Assembly (NCBI RefSeq): GCF_963921235.1 | Contig: NC_086097.1 | Location: forward strand, 216,072,001 to 216,136,000 | Direction of reading: 5' to 3' | Length of the DNA stretch: 64,000 bases | Origin: Mobula hypostoma | Taxonomy: Eukaryota | Translations under genes and position numbers: made by a program | Shown here: positions 13,134 to 25,900 of the stretch, in pieces | How positions within the stretch are numbered: the first letter of the stretch is position 1 | How the letters are laid out: the number at the start of each line of letters is the position of its first letter | The notes under the pieces: generated by a model | The model's input: only the letters and a program-made list of their open reading frames with translations | Database searches by the model: none | What the model was told of the DNA's origin: nothing

Positions 13134-14549
13134 CAGTGGATTCCAGTTAATTGAGCCATTGGTTAATTGGAGCAGCCTTTTTATTTGGGATAACTCTTAA
13201 GGAAAAAAAAACTATTCAAGAAAATAGCTGGGATTCCCTTCATTTATTTGGGATACCATGCCTCTTCATTTCTAACTAGCGTCAGATGCGTGCACTTGTG
13301 TGGCTGTTAAGACACTACGCCTTGTTTAGAGCAAGCAGTTTTTAAGTAGCATCAGTTGCTTGTGTTAGTGTTCAAAAAGCGGTGATTTTTGTCACTGATA
13401 GCTGGCGAGAAATGAGCAGTCAGACAATTCAGAATTGCTTTGCTCGCTGTAGTGCAACAGAAACAGTTGTGAGTAAAAATTAAACAATTTCATTACTTCA
13501 ACAAGTTAGGAACTATGAAGAATCTGAAGGTATTGACATGAAAATGAAGGCTTGGAGGATGTAATCGAAAGCATTGTATGACGGTAGTCAATTATTTACA
13601 CTAGCTGTCTGCGGGTGTTCATTTACAGTCAAACAAAAGAGCACAGCAGTGTACACTGAATGAACTCCTCCAATGATAACTATTAGGAACTAATACACAG
13701 GGCACTTGAGGAGTGCGGAAGAGCAAAGGGATCTGGGAATATAGGTCCATAGTTCATTGCAAGTGGCATTACAGATAGATAGGATCATAAAGAAAGTTTT
13801 TGGTGCATTGGCCTTCACCATTCAAGGTATTGCGTACAGGAGATTGGATGTTATGTTGCAGTTGTACAAGATATTGGTGATGCCTATTTTGGAGTATTGT
13901 GTGCAGTTTTGGTCACCTACCTACAGGAAGGGTATAAGTAAGTCTGAAGGATCTGAGTTATATGGAAAGATTGAATAGGTTAGGACTTCATTCCTTGGAA
14001 TGTAGAAGATTGAGAGGACATCTGATAGAGGTATACAAAATTATGAGGGGTAAGGTAAATGCAAGCAGGCTTTCTCCACTAAGGTTGGGTGGGACTACAA
14101 CCAGAGGTTATGGGTTAAGGGTGAAAGGTGAAAAGTTTAAGGGGAAACTTCTTCACTCAGAAGGTCATGGCAGTGTGGAATGAGCTGCCAGCACAAGTAG
14201 TGCATGCGAGCTTGCTTTCAATATTTAAGTGAAATTTGGATAGGTACATGGATGGTAGAGGTATGGAGGGCTATGGTCCCAGTGTAGGTCGATGGGAGTA
14301 GGCAGTTTAAATGATTTTGACGTGGACTAGATAAGCAGAAGGGCCTGTTTCTGTGCTCTACTCTATGTCTGTACTGTTTTATGGTACTGCAGTGGCAGTG
14401 ATAGTATTCTAATTTGTTCTTCATTTCATTTATATTCATAACTTATATAGCCATGACTTTTTTTTATACCTTAACTACTTCTGGGGCAGCTGTTAAATTG
14501 GGCCAAAATGTATTGGTCCCAACCTGTCCCAATTAATCGGAATTCACTG
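13134..14549. mobile_element. Tc1/mariner (pogo/Tigger-like) non-autonomous element containing a CR1
   Basis: TIRs cagtggattccagttaattg / caattaatcggaattcactg, TA on both sides. Confidence 0.8.
13700..14372 (+). mobile_element. CR1 3' fragment nested in the Tigger-like element
   Basis: LEYCVQFWSP in ORF 13757-13978; ORF 13962-14183. Confidence 0.9.
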
Positions 14550-16285
14550 TATTACAAATCTCCATTACTGCATTATTCTGGTGACCAGCAACATAATGAA
14601 AAATCCCAGTGAAAATGTGCCTTCTGGGAGGTAGTTCCCTATTAAAATCAATTAAGAAGCAACGTATATTAAAGCATTTAAGCACAGTTATGGTGATCAG
14701 CAGACATGTCTGATTTACCACGTTTAAAATCTGTTTTTAAAAAAAAGGATATGAGCTTTGTACAGTCAACTGCAAAGCATTAAAATTACATTTTCCATCC
14801 AGAATTTCGATAGAAGCATTATTTAATTAGTTCATTTGCTAATTTCTCCAATATACAATTTCAAAGACCAGGAAAATAAATTAAATTAAGTAAAAATGTA
14901 CCAATGGCTGCAAACTCCAAATTCCTGAACACAGCGGTAATTAACCCTTTAAGTTCAGTGAGTATAATGACCAAAACAACAAAACATAGTACACTGCAAC
15001 TACTGTGATTCAAAAAAAGATATTATGTAGATGTTACATAATTATTCAAGAAATGGAATTTGCTACCCAGTGCAGTTTAAAATTCCTAACATGCATAGTC
15101 AAAATCTATTTCAGCATTCCCTAGTTATGTATTATCATAACATTGACATACTCGATCAAATGCAGCTCATCAACTCAAACCTACTTTCAACAGACAATAA
15201 GTCACCGAATGCAAACTAAAAATAAAAAAAAGTGCAAAGTCAATGTAAACTAGTGGACAACAAACCTCGCTCAGGCTACATTAAACTGTTTGGTCAATTT
15301 TGATGTATGCCTGCATTACTGAGCCTGTAATCCATTTGTGTTAGTCGTCCATGGCGGGCCTTAATTTCACGGACTGATAACGTGATTAAATTCAAGCATG
15401 CCTGCACAATCCAAACTCTTCTCTTCCCCTTCTAGGGTCCAGCTACACTAGAGTAACATACAGCCGAATGCCAGTGGTAGCTAAAACACCCAACAATGCT
15501 CATGAAGAATATTGACCCAATGCAAGAAAAGCAGCAAGATCCAAACAGTTACTCAGTACCTCTTTATTTCACATATAGAAGTAGTCAAAAGCACATGGCT
15601 CATATTGAAATCCAGGTGAGCAGCTTTCCTCATCACCTGAACTGTTTCTAGAAATGTGTGTGTTTTATTTTGCGGTCCAGGAATCGGATTGCAGTTCAGA
15701 TGGATTAAGTAAATCTTGGCCAGGGCTATTTTCAGTATTATTCTCTTCCAAAGAACAATCGCAGTTTTTGTATGGCCACATTCCAAGCCATCTGGATGTG
15801 CTCAGGATTTCAGAAATTCTCCACACTTGCTTCTAAAATGACCAGAGCTGCAGATTTCACAGATCTGTTGTTAACATGTTTCAGACACCCTATTGAAGCC
15901 AATAATTCGTTTCTGCACAACTTGGGCCCAACACATATGGAAGTAAAAGGGGAGAAACAACTTTACCTGGGAAAACATATTTTGGGGTAATCTTCTTCAG
16001 CAAGTTTTTAGAAATAAGAATACAAATTTATGATGTATAATATGTATACTGCTGGGCTTCCATAGTGACTATTTATCCAGAAAGCTAAACCATATAAAAC
16101 AGAATGATTCCTGGTTGACACAGTGAACTGATTTTCATTGGGTGAATATAGATATACTTCTCATGATTACAACGCCTTCAGTTTTTTAGAAAACCGATTT
16201 CCTGAGGTTCATTAAACTGGACAACAAAGATTTTGCTTCCTGAATATATTTGTGCATACCTTATGGATTTTGGGCTGCTAATTGC

Positions 16286-16757
16286 GATGGCATGAACATT
16301 GACTTCTCAAACTTCCACTAATGCCCCATCTCCCCCTCGTACCCCATCTGTTATTTATTTATATACACACATTCTTTCTCTCTCTCTCCTTTTTCTCCCT
16401 CTGTCCCTCTCACTATACCCCTTGCCCATCCTCTGGGCTTTTTCCCCCCCTCCCCCTTTTCTTTCTCCCTAGGCCTCCTGTCCCATGATCCTCTCATATC
16501 CCTTTTGCCAGTCAACTATCCAGCTCTTGGCTCCATCCCCCTCCTGTCTTCTCCTATCATTTTGGATCTACTCCCCCCCCCCACCACTTTCAAATCTCTT
16601 ACTAGCTCTTCTTTCAGTTAGTCCTGATGAAGGGTCTCGGCCCGAAACGTTTCCTGTACTTCTTCCAAGAGATGCTACCTGGCCTGCTGCGTTCATCAGC
16701 AACTTTTATATGTGTTGCTTGAAATTCCAGCATCTGCAGATTTCCTCGTGTTTGCGT
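16286..16757 (+). mobile_element. Penelope-like element 3' terminus (pseudo-LTR)
   Basis: Closely matches 30463-30900; hammerhead core ctgatga...gaaacgt at 16624-16650. Confidence 0.85.
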
Positions 16758-16965
16758 GTGAAAATCATCACGAGGTTTCCCTATCACGCACCTTTTTTTA
16801 AAAAATTGTCTACATTTGTTATTTCAATTCATAATTCAAGTCGATAACTGATGACAAGATTAAGGAAGGCATTTTAGTTGGTCCACAAATCAAACAGATT
16901 ATTACTGACAATATTTCAAAGAACTTCTGGTGGAACTGGAGAAGATCGCATGGAAAGCATTCAAG

Positions 16966-17825
16966 CCTGCAGAGGGACTTGGACCAGCTGGAAAAATGGG
17001 CTGAAAAATAGCAGATGGAGTTTAATGCAGACAAGTGTAAGGTATTGCACGTTGGAAGGACAAACCAAGGTAGAACATACAGGGTTAATGGTAAGACACT
17101 GAGGAGTGCAGTGGAACAGAGGGATCTGGGAATACAGATACAAAATTCCCTAAAAGTGGCGTCACAGGTAGATAGGGTCGTAAAGAGAGCTTTTGGTACA
17201 TTGGCCTTTATTAATCGAAGTATTGAGTATAAGAGCTGGAATGTTATGATGAGGTTGTATAAGGCATTGGTGAGGCCGAATCTGGAGTATTGTGTTCAGT
17301 TTTGGTCACTAAATTACAGGAAGGATATAAATAAGGTTGAAAGAGTACAGAGAAGGTTTACAAGGATGTTGCCAGGACTTGAGAAACTCAGTTACAGAGA
17401 AAGGTTGAATAGCTTAGGACTTTATTCCCTGGAGCGTAGAAGAATGAGGGGAGATTTGATAGAGGTATATAAAATTATGATGGGTATAGATAGAGTGAAT
17501 GCAAGCAGGCTTTTTCCACTGAGGCAAGGGGAGAAAAAAACCAGAGGACATGGGTTAAAGGTGAGGGGGAAAAGTTTAAAGGGAACATTGGGGGGGGGTT
17601 TCTTCACACAGAGAGTGGTGGGAGTATGGAATGAGCTGCCACACGAGGTGGTAAATGCAGGTTCTTTTTTAACATTTAAGAATAAATTGGACAGATACAT
17701 GGATGGGAGGTGTATGGCGGGATATGGTCCGTGTGCAGGTCAGTGGGACTAGGCAGAAAATGGTTCGGCACAGCCAAGAAGGGCCAAAAGGCCTGTTTCT
17801 GTGCTGTAGTTTCTATGGTTCTATG
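16966..17825 (+). mobile_element. Young 5'-truncated CR1
   Basis: 245-aa ORF 17015-17752; tail ttctatggttctatgg; splits Chapaev sequence gcattcaag|gatgttgttg. Confidence 0.95.
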
Positions 17826-18419
17826 GATGTTGTTGAAAATTTTCTTGGTGTCTACAGAGCACCAAACTATATGCAGCTGGTTGACAACATGCTTCAAGGA
17901 TACGAAAACATGAAGTACAACATGTCACTAAAGATTCATTTTCTGCATTTCCATTTAGACTTCTTCCTGCAAATCTTGGCACTCTCAGTGACGAGCATAA
18001 TGATGGATCTCACCAGGTCACTGCAGTCTTGAAGAAACAGTGTCAGGGCAATGGGAATCCATCAATGCTGGCTGATTGTTGTTGGGCACTTAAGCGAGAA
18101 GTGTCAGCAACTTGAGTACAAATGAAATCAGAAAGAAAACACTCCTAGCTTAGTTCAACTATTGCAAGGCACCCGCACTATTATGCAATTAAATGCATTA
18201 TATTCAATAAAAGTTAATTTCTTGTTTCTCCAAGCAATCTGAAATTATACTTGTGTTCAGTTTCAAGCACTCTGTCGTAAACAAAAAAAAAAATCTGAGG
18301 AAGCAAATCCATTGTCCAGTGTAATTTCTAAATATTATCATTAACAAAACAGCATGGGTTGCAATCACTTGAGAACTACGTTTAAGGGTTCAGCTATAGT
18401 AATAGCCTGATGATATAAT

Positions 18420-20702
18420 TTAGTGATAAGCAGGCTGATTTTAGAATGGTGCAGGAAATACAGGGTTGTAGTTATGGGTGATTTCAACTTCCCTCATATT
18501 GACTGGCACCTCCTGACTGCAAGGGCTGAATTTGTCAGGTGCATTCAAGAAGGATTCCTGACACAGTATGTGGACTGGCTGACGAGAGGAGAGGCCATAC
18601 TGGATCTAGTTCTGGGTAATGAACCTGGTCAGGTGGCAGACCGCTTGGTGGGGGAGCATTTTGGTGAGAGTGACCACGACTCCCTTAGCTTCAGCATAGC
18701 TATGGAAAAGGATAAAAACAGACAAAATGGGAAAGTGCTTAACTGGGGAAGGGCTAACTATGAAGGGATGAGGCAGGAATTAGCGAGAGTAAATTGGAAA
18801 CAGATGTTCAAGGGTGAAAGCACAGAAGTAATGTGGAGGAAGTTTAAGGACCACTTGTGCTGGGTTCAGGATAGATTTCTCCATGAGACAAGGAAAAAAT
18901 GGTAGGAAAAGGGAACCGTGGTTGACGAAACACGTGAGGCAACTCGTCAAGAGGAAGAAGGAAGCATATGTTAGATATAAGAAGCAAGAAGCAGGAGGGG
19001 CTCATGAGAAATATAGGGTAACCAGGAAGGAGCTTAAGAAAGGACTTAGGAGAGCGCAAAGGGGGCATGAGAAGGCCTTGGCATGTAGGATTAAGGAGAA
19101 CCCCAAGGCATTCTATGCGTATGTGAAGAACAGAAAGATGACAAGAATGAAGGTGGGGCCGCTAAAGGATAAAGAAGGCAACATGTGCCTGGAGGCGGAG
19201 GAGGTTGGGGAGGTCCTAAATGAATACTTTGCTTCAGTATTCACAAGTGAAAAGGACCTTGATCTGGGTGTGGTTGAAATAGAACAGGCCTGTGTGCTGG
19301 ACAATGTGGAGATTAAGGAAGAAGTAGAGTTGGATCTTCTTAAAAACATCAAGATTTCTAAGTCCCCAGGGCTGGACGTGATATACCCCAGGTTGCTGTG
19401 GGAAATGAGAGAAGAGATCGCTGGAGCAATAGCTATGACCTTTGAATCCTCTTTGGCTGCAGGGGAGGTGTCACAGGATTGGAGAATGGCAAATGTAGTT
19501 CCCTTGTTTAAAAAAGGTAATAGGGAGAATCCTGGGAACTATAGACCGGTGAGTCTTACGTCGGTGATCTTCAAACTATTGGAAAAGATTCTTAAGAATA
19601 GGATCTACGAGCATTTGGAGCAGTCTACTCAAGGATAGTCAACATGGCTTTGTGAAGGGAAGGTCGTGCCTCATGAGCCTAATTAAGTTTTTTGAAGAGG
19701 TAACAAAAGAAATTGATGAGGGTAGGGCAGTAGCTGTGGTCTACATGGATTTCAGCGAGGCATTTGACAAGGTCCCCCACGACAGACTCATCCAGAAAGT
19801 CATGATGCATGGGATCAGTGGAACCTTGGCTGTTTGGATAAAAAAATTGGCTTACAGGAAGAAAGCAGAGAATAGTAGTGGAAAGAAGGTATTCTGCCTG
19901 GAGGTCAGTAACTAGTGGAGTGCCACACGGATCTAACCTGGAACCCCTGCTCTTTGTGATCTTTATAAATGACCTGGATGAAGAGGCAGAAGGATGGGTC
20001 AGTAAGTTTGCGGACGACACGAAGATTGGAGGAATTGTGGATGGAGCTGTAGGTTGTCGAAGGTTACAAGAGGATACAGACAGGATGCAGAGTTGGGCAG
20101 AAAAGTGGCAGATGGAGTTCAATCTGGATAAGTGTGAGGTGATGCGATTTGGAAGGACAAACCAGAAGGCTGAGTACAGGGTTAATGGTCGGTTACTTAA
20201 GAGTGTGGATGAACAGAGGGACCTTGGGGTTCAAATCCATACATCCCTCAAGGTCGCTGCACAAGTTGATAGGATTGTTAAGAAGGTCTATGGGATGCTA
20301 GGCTTCATTAATAGGAGGATTGAGTTTGAGTAGAGAGGTCATGTTGCAACTCTACAAATTTCTGGTGAGACCACACTTAGAGTATTGTGTTCAGTTTTGG
20401 TCACCTCATTATAGGAAGGATGTGGAAACTATGGAGAGGGTGCAGAGGAGATTCACCAGGATGTTGCCTGGATTGGAAAACAAGTCTGATGAGGCAAGGT
20501 TAGCAGAGCTGGGACTTTTCTCTTTGGAGCATAGAAGGATGAGAGGGAACTTGATAGAGGTCTACAAGATTATGAGAGGCATAGGTAGGGTGGATAGCCA
20601 GTACCTGTTTCCCAGGGCATGAATAGCAAACACCAGAGGGCATATGTACAAAGTTAAGGGAGGGAAGTTTAGGGGAGACATCAGGGGTAAGTTTTTTTAT
20701 AT

Positions 20703-20733
<31 letters not shown>

Positions 20734-20950
20734 GGGTTGTGGCTGCCTGGAATGACTTGCCAGGGATGGTGGTGGAGGCTAAAACACTAGAGGTATTTAA
20801 GAGCCTCTTGGACAGGCACATGGATGAAAGAAAAATAGAGGGTTACGGGGTAGTGTGGGTTTAGTACTTATTTTTAAAGTAATATATGGGTCGGCACAAC
20901 ATCGAGGGCTGAAGGACCTGTACTGTGCTGTAGTATTCTAGTGTCTTGTG
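18420..20950 (+). mobile_element. CR1 LINE ORF2 (APE C-terminus + RT), several frameshifts
   Basis: VVMGDFNFPHIDW, PGNYRPVSLTS, KFADDTKIGG, HLEYCVQFWSP. Confidence 0.95.
20698..20733. repeat. TA/TACA/CA compound microsatellite inside CR1
   Basis: tatatatacatacatacacacacacacacacaca. Confidence 0.9.
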
Positions 20951-20984
20951 TCAACTAAATACAACTGGTGATACAACTTGGGCA

Positions 20985-21310
20985 AGAGAAGGGTGCAGGA
21001 TCATCTGCTCTAAGAAAGTCGAGTTAAAGAAAGAGCAGAAAGAATAAAGAGAGACAAGAAAGATAAAAGGGTAAAGCGAGAGAAGGAGAGAAAGACTGGA
21101 GGAAAAATGAAAAAGTAAAGAAAGACAAAGGGAGGAAAGAGAAATTCTGAGAAAGGAGAGAGGCAGACAGAAGATTGGGAAAGAGATATAGGAAAGCAAA
21201 GGGAAATGAGAGCGTGTAAGAAGAAAAAGGGAAGTATCAAGAGAAAAAAGGATGGAGAGAATGAAGAGGAATGAGAAAGAAATAATTGTCAAAGATGCAA
21301 AAATGCACAA
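20985..21310 (+). repeat. Purine-rich (GA) low-complexity tract
   Basis: ~300 bp composed mostly of A and G. Confidence 0.85.
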
Positions 21311-21679
21311 AGCAAGATTTTTTAGGAAAATAATGCTTTCTCTTTGAAGATTAGTGGAAGTTACATAAATTTTCACTGTTGTGAATGCAATAATGCAGTT
21401 TTCATTTAAACATTGCTCACCCATTATGTTCTGAGTTAGTCTTAACTCCCAACACAAGTTGAACATTCTATCAGAGGCCTGGTGACATCAGCAACTGAAG
21501 AGACAATGTCACATGATTGAGCTAAAACATGCACTTGGGTTTCATTCAAGAAACATGGAGCTATTTACTCCCTATTGTGAGAACATCACGCAATCTAGGA
21601 CTGTTGTATACAGAAGGAATTGCACTGAATTCACCCAGAAACGCAAAAGGGAAAATAAAATTTTCTGTCCCTAGAAATA

Positions 21680-21820
21680 CAGTGGTGCTAGAAAGTTGGT
21701 GAACCCTGTAAAATTTTCTCTATTTCTGCATAAATATGACCTAAAGTGTGATTAGATCTTCACTTGTCCTAAAACTAGATAAAGGGAACCTAATAAATAA
21801 CAAAAACATTATACTTGTAA
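21680..21820 (+). mobile_element. Tc1-like transposon left-end fragment
   Basis: ta|cagtggtgctagaaagttggtgaaccc resembles fish Tc1 termini; no partner end found. Confidence 0.55.
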
Positions 21821-22379
21821 CATACTTTTACATAAAAGGCATAACCACTCAAAATATCACCAAGCATCATACAATCCACAATGCAACATACCATGTTTAT
21901 GTTTGCAAACTCAGAAATTAAAGTAAATGAAGCCTAGCCAAGCACTATACGAAATGACTCTGTGTGCTTTCCTGTTTAGAAAACCTATCCATTCTGCATC
22001 AAAGTCCATTGTCAAAATAGTAAAGCAAGCAATGTGAGTGTACATCCACATGCTAGGTTATAAGTATTCAAATGAAGCGTTACGGTTTATGGTTAATTCC
22101 AATAAATATACAAATGCCACATGCTTTCTGGTATGAATTGCATGTTACTCAAACACTTTTAAAATTACTCAGTTGAAACTGGCGATGAACCTCTGATCTT
22201 TTGACTGTCCTCTTACATCCAACCACTTCAATGGATTTTGGGCCTCTGCTTTATCATGGCTGATCTTTACCACAAAATTCCTTCTCCTTATGTTGAAGTG
22301 TACAAGCAAAGCACAAAGAGACCAGGGTTAGTGCTGTTAGCTCCACCTATGAAATACCTTGAATACCAGAACTTATGTC

Positions 22380-22675
22380 TTTCCCCTCTTTTACTCCCCT
22401 CTGCTCATCACCCACCAATGCTCTCTCTCAACTCAACACATACTCTTCTCTCCACCTGCCCATCATCCCAGTCCTCACCTGGTTCTACTGGTTGACAGCC
22501 AGCCCCCGCCTCACCCCTCTTTACACTAGCCCATCCCCACCCATACACTCTCTATCCTGATGCAGTCTCGACCTGAAATGTCAACCATCCATTTGCCTCC
22601 ACAGATCCTACCCGACCAGCCAAGTTCCTCCAGCAGTTTGTATTTTTGCTCTAGAATTCAGCATTGCAGAATTGT
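22380..22675 (+). mobile_element. Old Penelope-terminus-like repeat with degenerate hammerhead
   Basis: Pyrimidine-rich segment then cctgatgcagtctcgacctgaaatgtcaac...gttcctccagcag. Confidence 0.55.
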
Positions 22676-22979
22676 ATATCGCCAAGTGTTCAGAATGCTT
22701 CATTTACAAATACAATAAATGGAAATACATGCACAGTATGTATAACATACAATCCAGTGCTTAAAAAAATGTCCCAGCAATTATGTCAAAATGCTGCCCA
22801 CAAAACAAATGTCTTCCCCCATTTATAAACAGCTAGAGTTTTGCAAAAACACTGCTTTTTTTTAAATCTATGGTCACTGGAAAACTCTCATGAAGCATTA
22901 GATCCTAAAAGAGACTTAATACAAAATTATTTTCAAATGAAATGTAGCAGAACTTGTCAGTCTGTTATTATATCTTATA

Positions 22980-25900
22980 TGATATTGTTCAGGGTTAAGT
23001 GACGTTGATAATATAATTTGAATCTGGTGCCTGCTTGAGTCACGGTCTTGCCACTCCTCGTCTCTCCCAGCTTTGGTGTATTCTTCCTTACCATTGAAAT
23101 CCTCTCAATTCACATCTAACCCGGTCGTGCTCTCCACCCTTAAAATTTTTAATCAATTTTGCTGCCACTATAAGTTCATATCAGCTTCAGTTTTGGACCC
23201 CATTCATAAAAACCATTTATTTCCTCCCTCCACATTCAATTCAGCTTTCAGACAATGGGGTTTGAACGGTCTTATGTGCATTAAGGATTTGTATACTGAT
23301 AACATATTTGATAGTATCAATTCCAAAGAAGTAGCATACAAATTAGCCAGAGAAAGTGGCTCACCTGAGGACTGGGAGAAATTCAGAGTTCAGCAGAGGA
23401 GGACAAAGGGCTTAATTAGGAAGGGGAAAAAAGATTATGAGAGAAAACTGGCAGAGAACATAAAAACGGACTGTAAAAGCTTTTATAGATATGTAAAAAG
23501 GAAAAGACTGATAAAGACAAATGTAGGTCCCCTGCAAACAGAAACAGGTGAATTGATTATGGGGAGCAAGGACATGGCAGACCAATTGAATAATTACTTT
23601 GGTTCTGTCTTCACTAAGGAGGACATAAATAATCTTCCAGAAATAGTAAGGGACAGAGGGTCCAGTGAGATGGAGGAACTGAGCGAAATACTTGTTAGTA
23701 GGGAAGTGGTGTTAGGTAAATTGAAGGGATTGAAGGCAGATAAATCCCCAGGGCCAGATGGTCTGCATCCTAGAGTGCTTAAGGAAGTAGCCCAAGAAAT
23801 AGTGGATGCATTAGTGATAATTTTTCAAAACTCGTTAGATTCTGGACTAGTTCCTGAGGATTGGAGGGTGGCTAATGTAACCCCACTTTTTAAAAAAGGA
23901 GGGAGAGAGAAACCGGGGAATTATAGGCCGGTTAGCCTAACGTCGGTGGTGGGGAAACTGCTGGAGTCAGTTATCAAGGATGTGATAACAGCACATTTGG
24001 AAAGCGGTAAAATGATTTGACAAAGTCAGCATGGATTTGTGAAAGGAAAATCATGTCTGACGAATCTCATAGAATTTTTTGAGGATGTAACTAGTAGAGT
24101 GGATAGGGGAGAACCAGTGGATGTGGTATATTTGGATTTTCAAAAGGCTTTTGACAAGGTCCCACACAGGAGATTAGTGTGCAAACTTAAAGCACACGGT
24201 ATTGGGGGTAAGGTATTGGTGTGGGTGGAGAATTGGTTAGCAGACAGGAAGCAAAGAGTGGGAATAAACGGGACCTTTTCAGAATGGCAGGCGGTGACTA
24301 GTGGGGTACCGCAAGGCTCAGTGCTGGGACCCCAGTTGTTTACAATACATATTAATGACTTGGATGAGGGAATTAAATGCAGCATCTCCAAGTTTGCGGA
24401 TGACACGAAGCTGGGTGGCAGTGTTAGCAGTGAGGAGGATGCTAAGAGGATGCAGGGTGACTTGGATAGGTTGGGTGAGTGGGCAAACTCATGGCAGATG
24501 CAATTTAATGTGGATAAATGTGAAGTTATCCACTTTGGTGGCAAAAATAGGAAAACAGATTATTATCTGAATGGTGGCCGATTAGGAAAAGGGGAGGTGC
24601 AACGAGACCTGGGTGTCATTATACACCAGTCATTGAAAGTGGGCATGCAGGTACAGCAGGCGGTGAAAAAGGCGAACGGTATGCTGGCATTTATAGCGAG
24701 AGGATTCGAGTACAGGAGCAGGGAGGTACTACTGCAGTTGTACAAGGCCTTGGTGAGACCACACCTGGAGTATTGTGTGCAGTTTTGGTCCCCTAATCTG
24801 AGGAAAGACATCTTTGCCATAGAGGGAGTACAAAGAAGGTTCACCAGATTGATTCCTGGGATGGCAGGTCTTTCATATGAAGAAAGACTGGATGAACTGT
24901 GCTTGTACTCGTTGGAATTTAGAAGATTGAGGGGGGATCTGATTGAAATGTATAAGATCCTAAAGGGATTGGACAGGCTAGATGCGGGAAGATTGTTCCC
25001 GATGTTGGGGAGGTCCAGAACGAGGGGTCACAGTTTGAGGATAGAGGGGAAGCCTTTTAGGACCGAGATTAGGAAAAACTTCTTCACACAGAGAGTGGTG
25101 AATCTGTGGAATTCTCTGCCACAGCAAACTGTTGAGGCCAGTTCATTAGCTATGTTTAAAAGGAAGTTAGATATGGCCCTTGTGGCTACAGGGGTCAGGG
25201 GGTATGGAGGGAAGAAACATAGAAACATAGAAACATAGAAAATAGGTGCAGGAGTAGGCCATTCGGCCCTTCGAGCCTGCACCGCCATTTATTATGATCA
25301 TGGCTGATCATCCAACTCAGAACCCAGCCTTCCCTCCATACCCCCTGAAGGCTGGGTTCTGAGTTGGATGATCAGCCATGATCATAATAAATGGCGGTGC
25401 AGGCTCGAAGGGCCGAATGGCCTACTCCTGCACCTATTTTCTATGTTTCTATGTTTCTATAGTTTTGATAACCTGCGCGGTAAGTATGGCCTTCTGCATA
25501 ATCATTTTTTTAAATACCTGCAGATTCGTCACTTTGTCAAGGAAAACTTTCCCTCTTTTCCTGATCTACCACCTGCTATGTTATGGGGAAAACTCACTCT
25601 TAGCTTTAACAATAAAGGGCTGATCTCTGAACTACACTCTCAGCTGATGTCTTTGGGAGTTCAAGGTCTAAACAAAACTAAGAGTAGGTGGAAGGATGAC
25701 CTCGGTATAGATCTGGCTGAGGAATATTGGGCAAAAGTATTGAATAGGGTTCATTTCTCATCATCATGTGCTAGACTGGGGCTCATACAATTTAAAGTTT
25801 TACACAGGGTACATTTAAGTAAAGCCAGACTTGCAGACATATACCCTGGGACAGACGCTGGCTGTGACAGGTGTTCGTTCTCTCCGGCTGGTTTAGTTCA

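Larger units (their letters stand above)
16215..18321 (+). mobile_element. Internally deleted Chapaev3-like (CMC) DNA transposon with two nested retroelements
   Basis: Ends taa|actggacaac ... ttgtccagtg|taa; transposase remnant MSLKIHFLHFHLDFF at ~17920; homologous to 31976-33325. Confidence 0.7.

Noticed and set aside
20951..21466. 171-aa hydrophobic membrane-protein-like ORF
   Set aside because: Translation of a CT-rich low-complexity tract
24140..24844. Antisense ORFs repeated at 47832-48947
   Set aside because: Shadow frames of CR1 RT, shared only because the two copies are nearly identical
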